Assembly: GCA_030638685.1 (NCBI GenBank)
Contig: DAOWED010000130.1
Span: 1-49,070, forward strand
Reading direction: 5' to 3'
Length of the DNA: 49,070 nucleotides
DNA from: Candidatus Heimdallarchaeota archaeon
GTDB lineage: Archaea > Asgardarchaeota > Heimdallarchaeia > Heimdallarchaeales > DAOWED01
In this document: piece after piece, positions 9,772 through 18,400 of the stretch
How the letters are laid out: each line of letters starts with the position of its first letter
Numbering within the stretch: position 1 is the stretch's first letter
Notes under the pieces: generated by a model
Told to the model about the DNA's origin: nothing
What the model saw: only the letters and a program-made list of their open reading frames with translations
Databases searched by the model: none
Translations under genes and position numbers: made by a program

Positions 9772-10587
9772 CTATTCATCTTCTTTTTTCGCTTTAGTAG
9801 ATTTAAAGAGGTCAATTACTTCTTCAGTCATTACTATCCTCTTAATACCTGCAACTTCAATATCTAAAAGATGCATATGACTCTCAAGTTTAGCAGCAAT
9901 TTCCTCAATACGATCAACATTTGTTTCCAGCTGAGACAAACGAGAAAGAATAGAATTATCATTGTTAGACAAAGTAGGTTGGGGGGGTGAAGTTGATGAA
10001 ACAGGAGCGGATTGTTGAGAGATTGAAAGATCTTCTTCAAAAAGCTGAGACATAAGACTATCAGAAATATCATGGAATACCTGATCGATGTTTTCTCCAG
10101 TTAATGCGCTAGTATATTTAAGAAAAATGGGGATATTATACTCTTTCTTAAGTTCATCCAGAAGAGAACGAACTTCATCATCAGAGACGGACTTCAGCTC
10201 GGAAAGATCAATTTTGTTACCAATGATAGTAATGCCTAAAATGGTGTCTCTGCAGTATTCAAAAGCCTCAGAAACCCATGAACGAACTGAAGAAAGAGAA
10301 TCAGTGTTTGTAACATCAAAAACGGATATAAGAAAAGAAGTACCGTAATAAAAAGTGGAACGCATGCCTTTAAACATGTTCTGGCCAGCTAAATCCCATA
10401 TGGTGAGTACTAGCTTCTTATCTTGATAAGTAGCTGTTCTTGATGCCCAATCACATCCTAATGTAGGCATATAATTTACTCTGAATGATCTTCCCATGTA
10501 TTGTCTTCTGATGCTTGTTTTTCCTACTTGACCATCTCCTACGAGTATGATTTTAAAGGTTGCATCAGGTAAAAAGCGTTTTTCCAT
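9772..10587 (-). CDS. Ras-superfamily (Rab/Ras-like) small GTPase with a ~90-aa C-terminal low-complexity plus coiled-coil extension
   Basis: 271 aa. All five G motifs are present: G1 GDGQVGKTS, switch I YMPTLG, G3 WDLAGQ, G4 GNKID and G5 TSAL. The tail is QQSAPVSSTSPPQPTLSNNDNS followed by the heptad-like LSRLSQLETNVDRIEEIAAKLESHMHLLDIEVAGIKRI. There is no C-terminal Cys. Confidence 0.9.
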   Translation of the reverse strand: MEKRFLPDATFKIILVGDGQVGKTSIRRQYMGRSFRVNYMPTLGCDWASRTATYQDKKLVLTIWDLAGQNMFKGMRSTFYYGTSFLISVFDVTNTDSLSSVRSWVSEAFEYCRDTILGITIIGNKIDLSELKSVSDDEVRSLLDELKKEYNIPIFLKYTSALTGENIDQVFHDISDSLMSQLFEEDLSISQQSAPVSSTSPPQPTLSNNDNSILSRLSQLETNVDRIEEIAAKLESHMHLLDIEVAGIKRIVMTEEVIDLFKSTKAKKEDE

Positions 10588-10821
10588 AATTATCTCCTTT
10601 TTACTCTTTATCTTTGATTTTATTATATTGTGCTTTTATATCTCTTGTTTTTTAGTGAATTTATCAGAAAAAAATAAGATTATTCTAATTTTTACTCGAA
10701 ACTGAACACTTACGATGTTGTGTAAATAAGAATCTACTAATTAATTAAGAACAATTTTCGAGAAAAACTGAAATAGATTAGCTCATAATTGCACTTGTAA
10801 TAAAATACCTAAGGTGAATAA

Positions 10822-12120
10822 ATGACAAATAGTAATTATGAATTTGCTGGATGGACAAGGTTCATCAAAGAAAGCGAAATCAGGCGTTTATTGACAGTAA
10901 AAGTTGATTATGCTTTTGGAGGAGGCATGCCTGCAGCTTTACCACTGGATGCGTTTGCTGAGATCCTCACAGATATGGGTACTAGCTTTACAGCTGATAT
11001 AAATGCTGGAAAAGGTATGGAAACGGTTTATCCATTAATGAACTACGGTCAAACTGCAGGATTGGAACCATTTAGGAGAACTCTTGCAGAACGTTTAATT
11101 CGAAGAGATCGTCTAGACTGGATGGATATAGAAACAGGATGGCAAAATGTTTTTATCTCCACTGGCTCTCAACAAGCTCTATATCTCTTATTGGACACTT
11201 TTCTTGACCCCGGAGATATACTAGCTACACCAGCTCCCTCCTATCTTGGCTTTTTAGGACCAGCTCAAAAACTTAAAGCTGAAATAGTAACAGTACCAAC
11301 TGATATGGAAGGATTGATCCCTGAGGCTGTACAAGGAGCAATTGACAAATCTAAAGAAAAATTTGGAAAAGCGCCCAAATTACTTTATACAGTGCCAGAC
11401 AGTGATAACCCAAAAGGTACCATGCTTCCTGAGAAGAGACGAAAAGAGATTTTTGATATATGTGTTGCTGAGAAAGTGGTTATTCTTGAAGATGCGGCAT
11501 ACAAGGAAATGAGTTTTGATGGTTCACGGATCCATCCCATTAAACACTGGGATACTGAGAATGAACATGTCTGTTTTCTTTCAACAACCAGTAAAGAGGC
11601 TGCTGTTCTAAGACTAGGTTATAGCGTGTTACCTCCAGCTATATTTAATCAGATGGCTAAGGCTAAAGGTTATTTAGATCTATGCACACCAAGTCTAAAT
11701 CAGGAAATACTTGATGTTTATTATAGAAAATATATGGATAACTCATTGCCAAAGACAAGAGACGTATATAGGCAAAGAGGAGAAGCAATGATCAAAGCTT
11801 TTGATGAACATATGAGTGACTGCGCAGTAAGAACCGATCCTAAAGGTGGGTTCTTTGTCTGGGCAGAAATGAACGATAAGAGTTTTGATGCATCTAAATT
11901 CTTAGAAGAAGTAGCAATACCTAATTCAATACTATATGTACCAGGAGCAGCTTTTTACCCGATGAAAGGACCAAAGTACCATAGTTACAACCTTGAAAGT
12001 AATTCTATTGTACCAGGAGAACCAGAAGTAAACACTATGAGAATTAACTTCTCAGCTCCTTCAGTACAACAGATAGAAGACGGTATAAGCTTATTAGGAA
12101 AACTCATCTGTAAGAAATAA
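10822..12120 (+). CDS. PLP-dependent aminotransferase (ARO8/2-aminoadipate aminotransferase-like, COG1167-type catalytic domain)
   Basis: 432 aa. It has GSQQALYLLLDTFLDPGD and the PLP-lysine region LSTTSKEAAVLRLGY. The SD-like AGGTGA lies upstream of the ATG. Confidence 0.85.
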   Translation: MTNSNYEFAGWTRFIKESEIRRLLTVKVDYAFGGGMPAALPLDAFAEILTDMGTSFTADINAGKGMETVYPLMNYGQTAGLEPFRRTLAERLIRRDRLDWMDIETGWQNVFISTGSQQALYLLLDTFLDPGDILATPAPSYLGFLGPAQKLKAEIVTVPTDMEGLIPEAVQGAIDKSKEKFGKAPKLLYTVPDSDNPKGTMLPEKRRKEIFDICVAEKVVILEDAAYKEMSFDGSRIHPIKHWDTENEHVCFLSTTSKEAAVLRLGYSVLPPAIFNQMAKAKGYLDLCTPSLNQEILDVYYRKYMDNSLPKTRDVYRQRGEAMIKAFDEHMSDCAVRTDPKGGFFVWAEMNDKSFDASKFLEEVAIPNSILYVPGAAFYPMKGPKYHSYNLESNSIVPGEPEVNTMRINFSAPSVQQIEDGISLLGKLICKK

Positions 12121-12268
12121 ATCCTTAATTTTCCACAAATCTTCCTCCTCTCCTTTTCATTTACATTTTTGTAACTTTTAGAGCTAACTTAAGTTAAACT
12201 TAACTGGAAGGTTTTTTTTTGCAAAAATATGAGTAAGTTATAAATACTTGGTTGTTTTTTATTACACT

Positions 12269-12505
12269 ATGTCTTACAAACTATTATCTTTCATACAATC
12301 GATATTCATCTTGGTGTGTGGAATTTCAGTGCTAGATTATGGACTTGCGATTTATGACATACTAGATCCTAAAGATTTTGGATTCAATGAAATGCTATTT
12401 GACGATTCATCTTCAGAATGGTGGTCAATGATAGTCTTCTGGGGTTACTGCTTCTTAGTTGTAGGTGTTCTACAGTTCCTCAAAGCTTTATCTGCTGAAG
12501 ATTAA
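12269..12505 (+). CDS. Small two-TM membrane protein (hypothetical)
   Basis: The listed ORF is 12248..12505 with a TTG start. The first ATG is at 12269 (MSYKLLSF...). There are two hydrophobic helices (SIFILVCGISVLDYGLAI and WWSMIVFWGYCFLVVGVLQF). I recognised no family. Confidence 0.45.
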   Translation: MSYKLLSFIQSIFILVCGISVLDYGLAIYDILDPKDFGFNEMLFDDSSSEWWSMIVFWGYCFLVVGVLQFLKALSAED

Positions 12506-12508
12506 TTT

Positions 12509-12550
12509 AACTAGCTCAATAACTAGTTTCTCCTCCCTTTCTTTTTTTCC
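12509..12550 (+). terminator. Short hairpin (AACTAG / CTAGTT) followed by a pyrimidine/T-rich tract
   Basis: The stem is 12509-12514 paired with 12523-12528, followed by TTTCTCCTCCCTTTCTTTTTTTCC. It lies directly after the stop of the small ORF. Confidence 0.4.
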
Positions 12551-12733
12551 AAGTTTAATCTTAAAGAACTTGATTTGAAATTGTCAAAAAAACTCTAAGT
12601 TGTAGCTATATATTATTCATTACACAATCGATCGATTTTTAATAAGCTAGACAAGAACGAAGAGTAAGACGTTAAGCAATGAGTCTTAACGTTGCGGTAA
12701 CGAGAATAAATCATTTCCTGAGGATTTCCGAAT

Positions 12734-14182
12734 ATGACAAGTAAAATATTACTACTCTTCAAACCTTTTATTCCTATAACTTTCGAGATTAAAAAACCCG
12801 AAAAGAAGATTTCCTTCAAAGCAAAAATAGGATGGACATTAACAGCTTTAATATTATATTTAATGATGCTAAATGTACCTCTAAGTGGTCTACCCGAAGA
12901 AACTGGACAAGACCCCTTCTTTGCTCTCAGAGCAATTTTGGCATCTCAAAGAGGATCATTAGCAGAACTAGGCATCGGACCTATAGTCACCGCAGGAATG
13001 GTATTTCAATTATTAGTTGGTTCAGGAATTATCAAAGTTAATATGAATAACCCTGAAGAACGATCTCTTTATACCGCTGGTCAAAAAATCATGAGTGTTT
13101 TAATGACCGTCTTTGAAGCTATTGCCTACATCGCTGGTGGAGCTTATGGTGATCTCGGTGGATTAGACAATATGATCCTCGTCACGGTTCAGCTAGTAGC
13201 TGCAGGTATCGCTATCATGATGTTAGATGAACTTGTTCAGAAAGGCTGGGGTCTTGGTTCAGGTATCTCCCTGTTCATTGCCTCTTCAGTCAGTTTCCAG
13301 ATTTTCTTTGGTCTTTTTGATGTTGGTCCCGGTTATCAAGTAGGTGGATCCGGCAATTGGTTCAGAGGAGCTCTTCTATCCTTCTTCCAAGGTATTTTCC
13401 GAGGTAATGTCTTAGGCACTATTGACAAGCCAGGTAGAGAACCTGACATCTTAGGTTTATTAGCAACTATCCTTGTGTTTGCAGTAGTTATTTTTGCTGA
13501 AAGTATGAGGATTGAAGTACCGGTTACGCATACCCAATATAGAATGCCGGCAAGATATCCCTTGAAGTTAATCTACACTTCTAATATTCCTGTTATCCTA
13601 GTGTCAGCACTCTTTGCCAATGTTTACTTTATTAGTAACCTCTTGGATCAGCAAGATCACTCGGGAGGCTTTATGGCACTATTAAGTGATTTTATGGGTC
13701 ATTGGGAGCCGATAGAAGGAGATCCCAATGGTCAATTACAGCCCGTTTCGGGTCTTGCTAGTTTTACAACTGCACCTTTTGGTCTTGAAAATGTGGTAGC
13801 TAGGCCTCTTAATGCAATTGTTTATCTTTTCTTGATGATTCTTTTAAGCACGGTCTTTAGTATTGTCTGGGTACAAACTGCAGGGATGGATGCCCGTTCA
13901 GTTGCCAAGCAATTACTTGGTGCCAATATGCAAATCCCCGGTTTTAGAAGATCTGAACCTGTCATTGCACAATATTTAGAGATGTATATTACTCCAGCTG
14001 CAATATTGTCAGGCATCTTTATAGGTACTTTAGCGGCTTGTGCGGATTTTCTGGGGGCGATAGGTACCGGAACCGGTATTTTGCTAACTACCGGTATCAT
14101 ACGTCAGTACTATGAAATCCTTGCAAAAGAAAGATTAGCAGATGTTTCACCAGCATTAGCTGGTTTCTTAGGAATAGATTAA
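12734..14182 (+). CDS. secY: Preprotein translocase subunit SecY (Sec61-alpha type)
   Basis: 482 aa with about 10 TM segments. The archaeal/eukaryal-type N-terminus is PEKKISFKAKIGWTLTALILYLMMLNVPLSGL. It also has LAELGIGPIVTAGMVFQLL and a GILLTTGIIRQYYE C-terminal region. Confidence 0.95.
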   Translation: MTSKILLLFKPFIPITFEIKKPEKKISFKAKIGWTLTALILYLMMLNVPLSGLPEETGQDPFFALRAILASQRGSLAELGIGPIVTAGMVFQLLVGSGIIKVNMNNPEERSLYTAGQKIMSVLMTVFEAIAYIAGGAYGDLGGLDNMILVTVQLVAAGIAIMMLDELVQKGWGLGSGISLFIASSVSFQIFFGLFDVGPGYQVGGSGNWFRGALLSFFQGIFRGNVLGTIDKPGREPDILGLLATILVFAVVIFAESMRIEVPVTHTQYRMPARYPLKLIYTSNIPVILVSALFANVYFISNLLDQQDHSGGFMALLSDFMGHWEPIEGDPNGQLQPVSGLASFTTAPFGLENVVARPLNAIVYLFLMILLSTVFSIVWVQTAGMDARSVAKQLLGANMQIPGFRRSEPVIAQYLEMYITPAAILSGIFIGTLAACADFLGAIGTGTGILLTTGIIRQYYEILAKERLADVSPALAGFLGID

Positions 14183-14192
14183 AACTATTAAT

Positions 14193-14226
14193 CCTCTTCT
14201 CCCCCTTTTTTCTCCCTTTTTCTTTC
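14193..14226 (+). terminator. 34-nt all-pyrimidine tract with T runs downstream of secY; a candidate archaeal oligo-T terminator
   Basis: The sequence CCTCTTCTCCCCCTTTTTTCTCCCTTTTTCTTTC was read directly, starting 10 nt after the secY stop. Confidence 0.4.
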
Positions 14227-14294
14227 AAGAAATTTTTCATTGGATATCTTTAAAAAACACTTCGCTTCAATTAATATCGACTTGAGGTTAATTT

Positions 14295-15452
14295 ATGTTA
14301 GTTCGTTTAGCTATCCGTTATTTCTTTCACAATTCTCGTAGAACATCTCAAGCAACATTAACCCTTATGGTTGGTCTTATTACTTTTTTATCAACCGTTT
14401 TTATGATTCGTGGTTATTCGTATGAATTGGTTAGCATTTCTTCAGTATTAGCAGAATCTGACCGAATAATTATCCTTGAGAAAGGTACCACTTTTACTTC
14501 TAGCGTTATTACACATGAAATGCTTGATTTGTTTGAGAGTTATGTTAATTCTTCTTCGAAAGTTAAGGCATACTCTATTCAAAAATACTATAACGCTTCA
14601 TTCACTGTTTCTGGATCTAATCTTACTTACTTTCTTAACATGCGTTGTGTAATGTTTGATAATTTTCGCTCAGTAACTCGTTTTTCATTAGCTCTTGATT
14701 CTAAGTCTTTTGATGAAGGGAAAATTATTGCAGGAGATCAAGCTGCCAGAATCTTTGGTCTTTACCCCGGTCTACAGCTAAATCTTTCAGTTGCTGGGAT
14801 TGAAATAATTACAGAAGTCCAAGATATTCTTTATTCTGATGAGGGATATTCGAGTGAACTTATTGCAAATTATAGTCTTGTTTCTTCCTCTGATAATCAT
14901 GCATCAATAATAGAAATTAAGATTAACGATCCTAAATATGCTTCTGAGGTAGTTGGTGAGTTATCCTCTCTTTTCCCAACTTTAGATGTTTCTTATCAAC
15001 AGAAGACCAAGCTTTTTTTTGATATTTTATCTGAAGAGTTTATTCAAACTCTCTGGATTCTTCAAGCCGGTTTCTTCATTCTTATGCTTTTTAGCATAGC
15101 TTATACTATGCTTGTTTTAATCAATGAGTCGGAAAAAGATATACACATTTTACATTCCCTTGGTTTTGATCATTTTCAGATTGCCTTTATCTTCCTTATT
15201 CAAGCTGCGATGATTGGGTTATTCGGGAGTATACTTGCACTGGTTATCAGTTTATTAATCGTTAATGGCATTATTGCCGCTATATCAGCAGTTGCTGGTT
15301 TACCTTTCGTTGTGGTCCGGTTTGATATAGTTACCTCATTTTTTGTGATAACTATCTCAATGATTGTTTCAATAACAAGTGGGATTATTCCCTCATTAAA
15401 AGCCACTCAGATTAAATCAACAAAAAAACAATTGCGGTTTTTCCGACTGTAA
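14295..15452 (+). CDS. FtsX/MacB-family ABC-type permease subunit (4 TM with an extracytoplasmic domain)
   Basis: 385 aa. The N-terminus LAIRYFFHNSRRTSQATLTLMVGLITFL is typical of MacB/LolC/FtsX. The C-terminal FtsX domain is ILHSLGFDHFQIAFIFLIQAAMIGLFGSILALVISL plus two more TM helices. Confidence 0.85.
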   Translation: MLVRLAIRYFFHNSRRTSQATLTLMVGLITFLSTVFMIRGYSYELVSISSVLAESDRIIILEKGTTFTSSVITHEMLDLFESYVNSSSKVKAYSIQKYYNASFTVSGSNLTYFLNMRCVMFDNFRSVTRFSLALDSKSFDEGKIIAGDQAARIFGLYPGLQLNLSVAGIEIITEVQDILYSDEGYSSELIANYSLVSSSDNHASIIEIKINDPKYASEVVGELSSLFPTLDVSYQQKTKLFFDILSEEFIQTLWILQAGFFILMLFSIAYTMLVLINESEKDIHILHSLGFDHFQIAFIFLIQAAMIGLFGSILALVISLLIVNGIIAAISAVAGLPFVVVRFDIVTSFFVITISMIVSITSGIIPSLKATQIKSTKKQLRFFRL

Positions 15453-15465
15453 CGGTGTTATAAAC

Positions 15466-18400
15466 ATGTTTGATAAATTATTACTGAAAAATATTGTTCC
15501 TCGATCAAGAGCAGTTATGGCACTTATTGGGCTTTTGATTTCTTCAACAATATTATCCGGCACAATTAGTCTAATTTTGGGTGTTTATTCCGGCTCAGTA
15601 AACTATCTTGGGGAATCAGATGATATCCTTATAATTTCAAATGAAGGTGCATCTACTCCTTTCAGTTCAATGATCCCTTACGAATTAATGACCTTAGCAG
15701 CTACTTTACCCGGCGTTGTCAAAGCGAGTCCAGAAGTCTTAGCCACTGTAATAACTAAAGGACAATCCATTTACATGAGAGGGATTGATCACTCCGTTTT
15801 TTGGGAATTTGAAGATTACAAAAGTATAACTGGTCGTTTCTGGTTAAAAGAATCCTTGAATGAGATAGTCATTGGTCAACGACTTGCATCAAAAGCAAAA
15901 GTAACGGTCGGAGAAAGTATTATGGTCTACTCTACTCAGAAACCTTCTTCTATGAACCTGAAGGTAGTAGGGATTTTAAACACTAATTCTCTTTTAGCAG
16001 ATGAAGTAATCGCTCCTTTGTGGGTAGCACAATTTCTTGCTTTTCAAAACGAAGCCGTTTTATCACACGTAAGGCTGAAAATAGATCTTGACCAAGTATC
16101 AAAGAACGAGATTCGAAACCAAATAAAAACCGATTATAATCTAGAAGTTAAACTTAATCCGCTGAACGGTTCTGAAACAGAAATAAGTGGAATCATTAAT
16201 GTAGAGACGTTGGGTGGTTTTATTATTGAAAGTAGTTCTTTTACCGATTTAACTCAAGAATTTTCTTATTCTCTCCCATTCAGAAATTATGTTATCAATG
16301 TTATTTCCCAATCAGAAATAATAGGTTCTGAAAACATCCCCCTAATTAGAGATCTCTATCAAACGATAGATATCGGTAAGAATGCCTATAAAGCAACCTT
16401 CAATGTTTCAGCTGGAGGATTACCTGCAAACGGAGCACAAATAGTAATAGAATCACCCATTCTAAAAGATGGTATTCAAATTGAAACTAATAGTACCGGC
16501 TTAGCACAGATTTCTCTTACAGAAAACCATTATTCTGTTGAAGTAAATTATTTCGGTTTATCTTGGACCTTAGACTTGTATCAAAACAGTAGTCGTATTA
16601 TTCCTGTTATCTTACCGACACTCTTTCCCTCGTTTGATATTATTTCACCAATGAATGATTCAACTTATTACACCTCCCCTATAACACTAAACACTACTTC
16701 TTCTGCAAATCAGTTCTATTATTCACTTGATGAAGCTGATTTTGTCTTGTTCACTTCTGGAGATAAAATCTACCCCGTAACTGGTCAGCATGAATTAATA
16801 GTAAAAGCAACTAACAATGGTCTTAATTTTACAGAAGAAACAGTTTATTTCACTGTAGGCTCAAATACAATAGAAGCAGACTGTTTTTGGAGAGAAATGA
16901 GCAATACTCCCCATGTTAATTTGGGTGCACTAATACAAGTTTCATTCACACCTTCTGATGCAATAATTCAATATCAGTGGTCTGATGAGGAAATAATCTA
17001 TACACCATCAACGAGTAATGGTTCTTTTTACACCTTTGCTCCTATTTCAATTGGGGAGCACCATCTTTCAGTATTTCTTTATTACAATTTTGGAGACGGC
17101 ATTTATAAGATTCTTACTAAAAAACTAGGAATCTATGTAGAAGTTAGTCCTAAAACACTTGGTATTTCGGTCACAAATAATACGATTATCTACCGCAATC
17201 AGCTGATTGATTTTTGGTCGAGTCAATATAACGGGTCTTTTAACTATGCTTGGGATGCTGGTTCTGAAAAAACAATAACAAATGAAACAATTGCTATCCC
17301 CAAAGGCTTTGTAGGAATGCACAACTTAGTTATTTATTCCTTCCTTGATGAAACTGTTTTCAGTGTAAGTTACACTCTAAACATAAGTGAAGAAGGATTC
17401 CCTTCTTTTAATCTTTCCTTCGATCCTCAAAATAATGTTATTTCAGCAACATGGCAATCATTGGAATTTACTCAATCATTGCCAGATTATGTAATGATAG
17501 ATTGGGGTTTTGGAAAGATAATGCTAAACGAAAGTTACAGCTTTATGATCCCTCCTTCAGAAGGAACCTATTTTTTGAGTATTATAGTAACTGATATTCA
17601 CAATATTAATCATACCTACACTTACAAAATAAGCTCTCTAATTAACTTTCAAGAACCGTTTGCATTTCTGGAGGGAAACACTCTTGGAGTTATTCCAACT
17701 CCATACTTACCAATAAATGTGATTGGGCTATTTGATGAGGCAAACATTTCAATTTATCATTTAAATGATTCATTAATTTCAACCTACGAGTTTGATGAAA
17801 AAGTAAACTGGTACTTGTTGCCTGGGGATTATTACTGGGTTTTATCCTATCTTCATGAATCCGTTTTATCAACAAAAAAAGGAACATTCAGTATAGCAAA
17901 TTTTGTAAAAAGTGAAACATACACTCTTTTTGACCCATGGTCATCAGATGCTTTAATTGCTATTCCTCATCTTTTTCAGATTAACACTCTTTTCACATCA
18001 AATATGACTTATGTGAATGGAGAGCAGTATACTTTACCAATTGGTCTTTCAATTATCCGCTATTACGCATTAAATACAAGTTCAGGATTTATTGTTACTT
18101 TTCAAGATTATATTTATGTGAAAAACTATATTGAAGAATTCTTACCTGAAAATTGGGATTATTTGAATTTAAATGATACATTAGAAATAACTTTTTCATC
18201 TTACTATTCTGAAGTACACGATATTTATTACAAGATAAGTAATGAGAATGGAACAATAATCATTCCAGAAAGGAATTATACATCATCAGAAACCGTCTCT
18301 TTATCCTCAGGAACCTATCGGTTATTCTATCAAATTGTTGATATTTTAGGAAATTCGGTGAATAATTCTCTAGTATTTATTCATCAGCCAGAGTTATTTG

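Noticed and set aside
12613-12819. 68-aa - strand ORF overlapping the secY start
   Set aside because: It overlaps the secY N-terminus and its upstream leader. It has no SD or promoter context, and its composition is typical of an antisense frame.
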